A stretch of 30,320 nt of DNA from a virus (taxonomy: Duplodnaviria > Caudoviricetes). Under the pieces are notes generated by a model. That model searched no databases. It had not been told where the DNA came from and was given only the letters and a program-made list of their open reading frames with translations. Within the stretch, counting starts at the first letter, position 1. Each line of letters starts with the position of its first letter. The translations under genes were made by a program, and so were the position numbers. Below are positions 1 through 8,000 of the stretch, in pieces. The stretch spans positions 1 to 30,320 of the IMG/VR virus record IMGVR_UViG_3300020352_000023; one strand, given 5' to 3'.

Positions 1-22
1 GGGGACCTCGTTTGAGATCCCC
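1..22 (-). terminator. Probable intrinsic terminator hairpin ending the minus-strand late operon
   Basis: Minus strand reads GGGGATCTC-AAAC-GAGGTCCCC, a 9-bp stem with one G-U pair, downstream of the last ORF. Any U-tract would lie outside the window. Confidence 0.65.
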
Positions 23-71
23 TTCGGTTACAGGAACTTTTGGGTATGGTACGCCCAGTTATCTTTGTTCC

Positions 72-212
72 TTATTTTTTACAGATACACTCTGCTACAG
101 GACAATCTGCTACGTTAACAATTAATTTTGAAACCAACCAGTTCCACTTGCACATTAACTTACACCAGCAAGTCTGCATCCATAATCCTAGTTTTACTAA
201 TAATTTTCCCAT
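72..212 (-). CDS. Small Cys/Trp-rich hypothetical protein, 46 aa (not in ORF track)
   Basis: Hand translation ATG(212) to TAA(72): MGKLLVKLGLWMQTCWCKLMCKWNWLVSKLIVNVADCPVAECICKK. It has an A-rich leader 14 nt after the upstream stop and is co-oriented with the operon. Confidence 0.7.
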   Translation of the reverse strand: MGKLLVKLGLWMQTCWCKLMCKWNWLVSKLIVNVADCPVAECICKK

Positions 213-226
213 TATTTATTTTATAT

Positions 227-598
227 TTATTTAGATAATAGCTTACCGGCTTTAATAGCTTTATTAATCGCTTCATGTTTTTTAATAGCTTTACCTCCTC
301 TTTTGCCTCCTCTAGCTATTTCTTTTGCAGTAGAGAATCTATTGTAATCCATCATGCTATTAGGGTCTGCAGGTATTTTTATGTCAGGCATACCATCTTC
401 AGAGTTGTCTTGCATATATCCTTCTTTTTTACGCTTTACATAGATCTTGTACTCGTCTCTGTATTGCTCAGGGTCATTAAGATCAACTGTCTTAGTTTTA
501 TTTACTTTTTGTAAATTATCAAACTCCTTTTTAAAAGGATCTATTTTATTTTTTTTGCAAGGAGATCCTATATATTTTTTATAAAGTCCTGATTTCAT
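227..598 (-). CDS. Lys-rich hypothetical protein, ~123 aa
   Basis: ORF 227..655 trimmed to ATG at 598 (MKSGLYKK...), 1 nt after the stop of the 93-aa gene. Confidence 0.75.
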   Translation of the reverse strand: MKSGLYKKYIGSPCKKNKIDPFKKEFDNLQKVNKTKTVDLNDPEQYRDEYKIYVKRKKEGYMQDNSEDGMPDIKIPADPNSMMDYNRFSTAKEIARGGKRGGKAIKKHEAINKAIKAGKLLSK

Positions 599-599
599 A

Positions 600-881
600 T
601 TATTTTTTTTCTTTATGTTTATTACAAAAGTTTTTAGCAGCTTCTTTGCTACCAAAACCCCATTTCTTTAATGCCATTTTTAATTTAGTTGGTTCTCCTT
701 TAGCATTTTTCAAAGCGCCAGCCATGCCACCAAATCTACAAGCAAATGAAACTCTACGTTTACCCGTGCCAGACGTTTGTCTATCACCTAGTGTTTTACC
801 AGTTTCTTTTTTATGCTTTGACCGCATTTTTCTATTCTGCTTTTCATAAGCAGCTTCTTTTATTTTAAGTGGTGAATTCAT
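600..881 (-). CDS. Small basic phage protein, 93 aa (RRxSFxxR...ALKKW type)
   Basis: Tightly packed ORF. RRVSFACRFGGM...PTKLKMALKKWG resembles a recurrent small phage protein family (DUF6321-like, from recall). Confidence 0.75.
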   Translation of the reverse strand: MNSPLKIKEAAYEKQNRKMRSKHKKETGKTLGDRQTSGTGKRRVSFACRFGGMAGALKNAKGEPTKLKMALKKWGFGSKEAAKNFCNKHKEKK

Positions 882-882
882 A

Positions 883-1236
883 TTAATATGTCCAAATTAC
901 GTTTTGTGATTTATTATTATCGATGTCTACGTGTATAAATGTACCCGCTACACCTAATCTTTTAAAGCCTACTTTTAACAAAGCTTTTATCATATCAAAT
1001 CTATCTCTAGATTCTGAGCAAGCTATATCAGCCGCTAAGCCTTTTAAATGAGATGATGACTCAACACCACCTACTTTTTTGTTGTGAGTTTTAGTTCTAA
1101 AACCGCTGGTTATTCTCATAGGTTTGCCATATATTTTACGAGCAGCATCAAGCATGCTTAGTATTTCTTGGCTCATATTGCATCCACTACCTAGTTCATC
1201 AGGTGAGTCAAACTCTTCTAGCTTAAAATACCTCAA
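883..1236 (-). CDS. Peptidase M15 (M15_3/M15A-type) Zn peptidoglycan peptidase, probable endolysin
   Basis: Motifs ITSGFR...HNKKVGG..SSSHLKGLAADI and FIHVD. The TTG start overlaps the upstream TGA (TTGA). Confidence 0.9.
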   Translation of the reverse strand: MRYFKLEEFDSPDELGSGCNMSQEILSMLDAARKIYGKPMRITSGFRTKTHNKKVGGVESSSHLKGLAADIACSESRDRFDMIKALLKVGFKRLGVAGTFIHVDIDNNKSQNVIWTY

Positions 1237-1394
1237 TCTTCTTCTTCTTTTTTAATATTAACCCACTTAGAAATAGTATAACCTATAGTTATTAGTAGTA
1301 ATATAATTTTTAAACCGTCTTCTATATGTGTAAAGGTTGTAACACCTAACGTTCCTGCGCTCATAGCGTATAGCTTGATATCTGATAAACTCAT
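1233..1394 (-). CDS. Small membrane protein, putative holin, 53 aa
   Basis: Start trimmed to ATG at 1394. Hydrophobic segment LKIILLLITIGYTI, charged tail KKEEED, coupled to the M15 peptidase. Confidence 0.6.
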   Translation of the reverse strand: MSLSDIKLYAMSAGTLGVTTFTHIEDGLKIILLLITIGYTISKWVNIKKEEED

Positions 1395-1395
1395 T

Positions 1396-1884
1396 TTATT
1401 CTCCACATTTTTTAGACGGATCAGCAACTTGTCTCCAGTCTTGTTTAACCCAGTCTTTTAAATTTTTACTACTAGTACCTTTAACATTGCTACTACTAGA
1501 TCTTACTCTTTTTCCATCAGCTGCAGCAGCTTGCTTAGCGTTAATAACCTTTTGTCTTTCTTCTTGACTCATGCTAGCTATTTTAGCTTTAGGTAAACAC
1601 ACTTTGGTAGTACCACCGCCTTTAGCTTTTGTTTTCTTAACAGGTGAAGATTTACGACAACTTCCTTTAGCATTTTTTTTAGTGCCTGGAACTCTTTCGT
1701 AACCATCCCAACAATCTAAAGGCGATTCTCTTCTTTTCTCTGCGCTAGCCAAGCTAGTATCATTACCTGATCCTCTACCTGCCGCAGCCGCTGTTCTGCT
1801 TCGCATCTTATTCCAGGGCTGAGTGTGCATTACATTAGACCAGCAGTGTCCTAAAGGCGAATCTGTTTTTTGTTTATAAGCCAT
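1396..1884 (-). CDS. Basic Cys-containing mosaic hypothetical protein, ~162 aa
   Basis: ATG at 1884 overlaps the upstream TAA (TAATG). Contains CWDGY..VPG, CLPKAK and LKDWVKQDW..CG motifs recurrent in small phage proteins. Confidence 0.75.
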   Translation of the reverse strand: MAYKQKTDSPLGHCWSNVMHTQPWNKMRSRTAAAAGRGSGNDTSLASAEKRRESPLDCWDGYERVPGTKKNAKGSCRKSSPVKKTKAKGGGTTKVCLPKAKIASMSQEERQKVINAKQAAAADGKRVRSSSSNVKGTSSKNLKDWVKQDWRQVADPSKKCGE

Positions 1885-2012
1885 TAGCACTTACCTTTTT
1901 TTTGTTGCTTTGAAGCCCACATATTAGCGTACGCACTAGGGTATACTTTAAATTTTTTCTTTGCTGCTGCTTTGCAAGATGCTGTTAGTTTTCTGTATAA
2001 TGCTGATGCCAT
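1884..2012 (-). CDS. Small basic protein with YPSAYAN motif, 42 aa (not in ORF track)
   Basis: MASALYRKLTASCKAAAKKKFKVYPSAYANMWASKQQKKGKC. It fills the gap after the giant gene and has a TAATG overlap with the next gene. Confidence 0.75.
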   Translation of the reverse strand: MASALYRKLTASCKAAAKKKFKVYPSAYANMWASKQQKKGKC

Positions 2013-2019
2013 AGTTTAT

Positions 2020-5000
2020 TTATTTATCCATTAATTCTAAAATCTTTTCAACTCTGTTTTTCTCGTATCTAAGATCTCTTATTTCTTTTTTAGTAAGTCC
2101 AAACTTAGTTAATGTTTTAACTTGATCTGGTTTGTTTTCTGATTTAATAGAATCAAATTGTCTTCTTAGTTTTTGTTCTGCAGTTTCTGTTTTAGGTTTA
2201 GGTTTAGGTTTTGTTTCAGGCGTAGATTCAGTTTTTACTTCTGTAGGTTTTTCTTTAGCTTTGTTTTGCAGTTCAATTATTTTTTTAACTCTATTATCTT
2301 CTTTACCTAAAGCTTTTATTTCTTTTTTATTAAGACCTAAATCTAAAAGCATATCTATTTGATCTTTAGTTTTAGTATCTTTTTTCATTGTGTCAAGCTC
2401 ACGCTGTTTAATCTCTTCAGGCGTTGGATCTGCTTTTGCATCCCAGCCTCCGTAATAAGGAAGACCCACGTCATATGTAGAGTAGCCAGCCGCTAATGCT
2501 ATTTTCTGCCACTCAGCTGTTTGTTCGCTTAGTATACCTCTTATGTTGTTAACTTTTTTAACAACACGATCTAAAGGCACGTTTGTAAATGCAGTAAATA
2601 TTTGTGATCCCGCTAAGTAAGCTGGGTTGTCTAAGCTAAAGCCTTTTTCTTTAATCTCCTTCATGTTCCAGCTAAAGCTTTTTAAACCACCTACTATTTT
2701 TCTATACTTAGAGCTAATAGCTGGAGAAAAACTTAAAGCTTCTATAGCTGCTTTTTCATACTCAGGTCTCTTTTTGCCAGACTCTTCAATTATTTTTAGC
2801 ACTGTATTTTTAGCAGAAACCATAGCTGCCCCAGCAATACCTAAACCTTTTAACTGAGAATCTATCATACCGTTAGCAACTCTAGTTATTTTTTGTTCAT
2901 TTCTTGCTTTTAACTTAGGATCTTTTTCATCTTCATCACTACCAAAACCTATAGCAAATAAAGCCTGCTGCAGTGAGTTAAATATTAAATTCTGTATAGC
3001 ACCGTAATAAGCTATTTTAGATATATGCTCTTTAGCGTCACCACGACCTGCTATTAAATCTTGTGCAGCTCTTTTTTGTATTCTAACATACTGCATTGGT
3101 GTGTTAGCCCAGTTAAGTATAATACGACCAGCGCCAGAAGCTTGCTGCATACTAATTTTAGAAGCGTCACTAGACTGCTGACTTTCTTCCGCAACGTCTT
3201 TAAAATCTTCAAAAGCTTTTTCTTCTGCAAGTTTTTGATCCATACCTTCTTTAACATACTTCTTAATTCTGTTTCTATAAAAAGTAGAACCACCAGAAGC
3301 TATAGCAAAACTATCTGCGTATCTAGTAAACACAAAACCTTTACTAAGTAAATAAGATATAGCTGCATTTACTTTGTTCTTAGAATCTTTAACAGCATCT
3401 GCTATTTCAGATTCACTTACGTTAATCTTTAGACCATTACGACGCTGTACTAAGTAGTCAGAGTTCATTAGCTTCATGAAGTCTCCCCAAAATTGTTTCT
3501 GGTTTGCAAAAGCTTTACCTGCCGCTATAGGATTATTATCACCCCAATTTAAAAAGTTTACAGATGATATAGTTTGAAGCAGCGCAGACCTAGTATTTAA
3601 AAACATTACAGCACCAACAGAGTTGTTTGTCCAGTCTAATACTTTATTAGTTATTTCACTGCCACCAATCGGTCTATTACTACCTGACTTCATTCTACGA
3701 AGAGTATCTTCTAAAGCTTTACGCCATCGAGTACCGTAAGCAGCCTCCATTTTATTTAAGTTATTAAGTGAAAATATAATATCTACATTTTCTCTAAAAG
3801 TCTTTTGGTATTCTGCTCTGTTGATTTTGTTTATACCACCTATAATATCTGTGGTTAAATTACCAGCTAACCAGTTCTTACCAGGCTCAGGATACATTTT
3901 ACCTTTTTGACTTACTATAAGTTGATCTGCAAATGTTTGAAGCTCTGCGCTATCAGTAACAAACTTATTTAATTTAGCTACATCAGCTTTTGATAGACCA
4001 GGTATTGACATATTTTGTTTAGTCCACATGTAAGTTCTAAGAGCATGTTGGTATGTAAATTTACCTACGCCAGTTTCTTTTTTAAGTGTAGTAGGTATAG
4101 TCTTATACATAGACTTCAGTGCCATAAAATCATTAGCAGCAGATATCTTAGCCTGTATAGCAGAGTCTTCTGCTCTGTTATAAGGATCAATAAGGTTTGT
4201 TTTAAGAAACTGAAAGTGCGCTTCACCTTGTTTTCCTTTACCTATCATTTTATACAATAATCCTTTAAAGTCTTCAGCAGATGAAGCCATTGTAAGCCAA
4301 TCAAACCTACCTTTGTTTTCGCCTAATGTTTTAGCTTTAGCAGCAGAAAAAGTTTTAAAAGTTTCAATACCACTACTAGCCTCTATCATTTCATTAGTTA
4401 TAGTACTAAAAGTCTTAGCTTTGCTGAATTTAGCTTGTTGTACTTTACTTTTAACATCTGCTTGATCTAATACTTCTTTTACAGCTTGCACGTTTTTAAG
4501 CGCGTCATCGGCGAAATAAAAATCATTATAACCTTCAGATACTTTACCCATGATCCATCGACCTTTAGCACTGGCTTTACCATCAGCTAAGCCTGTTATG
4601 TTTGCTAAAGGTATATCAATACCTAAAGCTTTCATAAATTCTTTTATAGGACCAGCCGCGTCTTGAGGTCTAGCAGTTAATACAAATAAATCTTCCGTAC
4701 CTCTTTTATCTGCTATTGTTTTAGCAACATCAAACAATGGTCCTTTTTTACCTTCAATAACTTTACTAAATTCTCTAAAATCAAAATTAGCACCTTGACT
4801 TTCTAAAACATCATATTGCTCAGCAAAATTAGTTGCGTTAACTTTACCAACTTTATTTGTATTTATTCCAGCATACACTTGTTCTAAAAATTCTTTAGGC
4901 AATGCTTTACCGTACTCTATAGTCTCTGTGTTTATTTCATACAAGCGATCACCGAAGTCTTTTCTATATTTTTTTAAACTTTCTTGAACACTTTCGTAAG

Positions 5001-8000
5001 TTTTCTTTACTACAAAATCAGGTAATGATCTTTCTGTTCTAGCTTTGTTTCTAGCCATAGCAGTTTCAAGAGGCGTTGTAGCTACAACCATGTGTACTTC
5101 AAAACCTTGATCCTGTAAAGCTTTTATTTTCTTAGTAGTAGCATTGTAAGAAGCTCCTGTACCATCTATTACCATGCCATCACCTGCAGCAGTGTATTTA
5201 TCAAACTTAGATACAGCAGCTTTTCTAGCTGCAGCACCAAGTTTTGATCTAGTAGATCTTTGCTCTGCTGTATAATCAGATTCCTTAGCTGGTAATCCAG
5301 CTTCTTCTTTCATAGCTTCTAAGGCAATATCTTGATTAACTACTTTGTAACCGCGTCTACCAAGTTGTAATCCTTTGCCGACATTTGTTTTACCAGCACC
5401 AGGACCACCAACCATAAATATAGCTTTTAATCTTGTAGAACCTTCGCTAAAACCTCCTTCAAAGTTTTCAACTGTGTATAATACTTTGCTATTAGATCTA
5501 GCTAATGTATCGTCAAAATCAAATACTCTAATTTTCTTTTCTTTCTTAGGTACAGGCTTACCGTTTTCAATGTTTAAAGATCTTGATAATTCTAAAGCTG
5601 CATCAGCTACTCTTAAGTTTTCAACAACAGCTTCATTTGTAACAGCCTTATCAAATCTAAAAGAACTAGATGCTAGCTCATTCATTTTAACTGCACTTTT
5701 AGCTTTTGGATCTACAACTTTCTGTAGCTCTTGATAATCTTTTTTAGCTCTTTCTCTTGTTATTTCCCCTGTTAAAACTTTTGTTATTAGCTCATTAACA
5801 ACTTTAGAGTTTTCTAATATTTCAAAAGGTGTTGTTACTTTTTTAGATTTACCTACAAAGAACTCACCAATAGATTTTTGTGTTTTAGTAAACGCGTAGG
5901 CAAAAGGATCAATAGTGTTTTCAATAGTATACCTAACAAGAGATGCTGTGCCTTGTGGTAAAAAATCTAACTTACCCTCTCTTACCGCGTTAAGAACTTT
6001 ATCATAGTATTCAGGAGGTAAATTTTTATCAAGAAAAACAGATAAACCTTTGTCATCATTATACCGTAAAGCACCTTGACCATATATAGCTTTTATGTCT
6101 TTAAATTCTTGTTTAACCGTTCCTCTTTTAGCTGCTTCTAAAAGCATTAGCCCTATTTTATTAACAGGAGCCATATGCTCTTCTTTTACTTTAACTGAAA
6201 CTGCTTTACCCGTTAAACGGTTTATAGGATAGAAAACAAGTGCTGCTCCAAATCTATTTAAATGACCTTGACCTTTTGCGCTGTCTCTTAAAAACTGTTC
6301 AAATATTCTATACTTGCCTTTACCTTGTTTTGTTTTTAGAAACTCTTGTACTTTTAAATAAAAATTTTCTATTTCATCTAATCTAAACTTATTGTTTCTA
6401 AGAATACTACCATCTCTTAAACCTTTATTAACTTTACCAGCCAAAAACATCTCAGACGCAGCGTACGTAAATCTAGTAGCTTTGTTTTCTCTATTGCTTT
6501 TTCCAAACAAGCTTTCGAAATTTGGAATATCTCTAAAAGTTAAATCTCTTCCGCCTGTCATGCTTTGCTCTACGTATCTTTTGCCTTCTGGATAAAATTC
6601 AAAAAACGATTTAAAATCTTTTACAGCCGCCTTGTACTCAGAAGATTTTGTATCTATAATAGTGTAGCCTTTTAATGCACCTGTTTTTTTAGACTTTTCA
6701 AAAATTTTATCTCTTACAAAAGATGGTTGAGTGTATTTTAATTCTTCACGCTCTTTACCTGTTGTAATCTCTGGTGCTACTTTTTTAAACTTAGCGCCTA
6801 ATTTAACTCTATCGCTTTTGTCTGTTTTTAAATATTCTAAAGCATTGTTTTTAAAATAAGAAGCTAATACTACTTTTAGTGGTTGAGATCTTCTGTATAA
6901 AGGAACTGGTTTACCGTTCTCAAGCGGGTTAAACTCTATAGGTTTACCATCGTAACCTTCTACTGTTATGTTTTCACCTGAAATTATATCTTTAAGTATT
7001 TTTAAAGACCCAGGTTTTAAATCACCTTTTTTAGTTAGTAATGCTTTACCTACTTTTGTTTGCTTAAATCCAGGCGTATTAATTCTAGAGTGTATAGCTT
7101 GTATGTTATCTAATATAAACTGCTTAGCTCTAGTTGCTGCAGCTTTTTCCCCAGCAGGAAAGTTTCTATTAGGTATCATTAAAGCTTTTATACCAGCCTC
7201 AGACTCAATGCCAAGCATTTTAGCATAAAACTCCGCTAACGCTCTAGGTGTTTTTAAGTCTTTGTATTTTTTAATATCTACATCTTTGAAGCTATCTAGT
7301 ACTTGAGTTTTTAAAGCCTCTTGTATTGCTTGCTCAGGTGTCTGACCTTCTTTTACTTCAATGCCTAAGTTTTCTAAAAACTCAGGTTTCATTTTAACGT
7401 TAGAAGGCAACTGCTTAGACGCGGTTGGTTTGGCTTTTTCAGTTGTAGGTTCTGGTGCGAATTCTCTAGTTTGATCAGGAAGCTCAGTACTAGTACCTGT
7501 TCTTTCTTTTATTGCAATATCTATTTCTGGTATTCTTTTTGATAATACATTTCTAAAATATGTTGTTTCTTTAGCTCCACCTACTTCTTTAGCAGCATCG
7601 TAAGCGTTAAACAAATTTGTATTTCTAGCAGAATACTTACCATTTCCAGAACCTGGAAACTCACCTAATATTTGTTCTTCTAGTACTTCTTTTAAAGCGT
7701 TTTCTTCTGCTTGACTTCTAGTATTAAACAGATCTTTGATTAAACCAAAGTTTTTCTCTACAAAAGCTTGGGCTACAGAAAATTTATCTTCTGTGCTTCT
7801 TGATTTTAAAGACTCAACAAGAGATCTATTGTCTAAAAGATCTTGTAGTTCTTTTGCTTGTTCAGAAACTACCCTGCTTTTCTTAGGTTGATCTTTTGCT
7901 TCTGTTTCTGCTACTGCTTGCTCAGTTAGTCTTTTACCAGCCTGCTCTACAGATATTTTAGATGCAGATTTTTGAGCTTCTGATAATCCTTCTGTTAAAC

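Noticed and set aside
2191-2208. (TTTAGG)x3 telomere-like repeat
   Set aside because: It simply encodes the PKPKPK linker in the giant protein.
4850-5480. Kinase insertion as an intein or mobile intron
   Set aside because: There are no Cys/Ser...His-Asn splice junctions and no homing endonuclease motifs; the insert is an in-frame P-loop domain.
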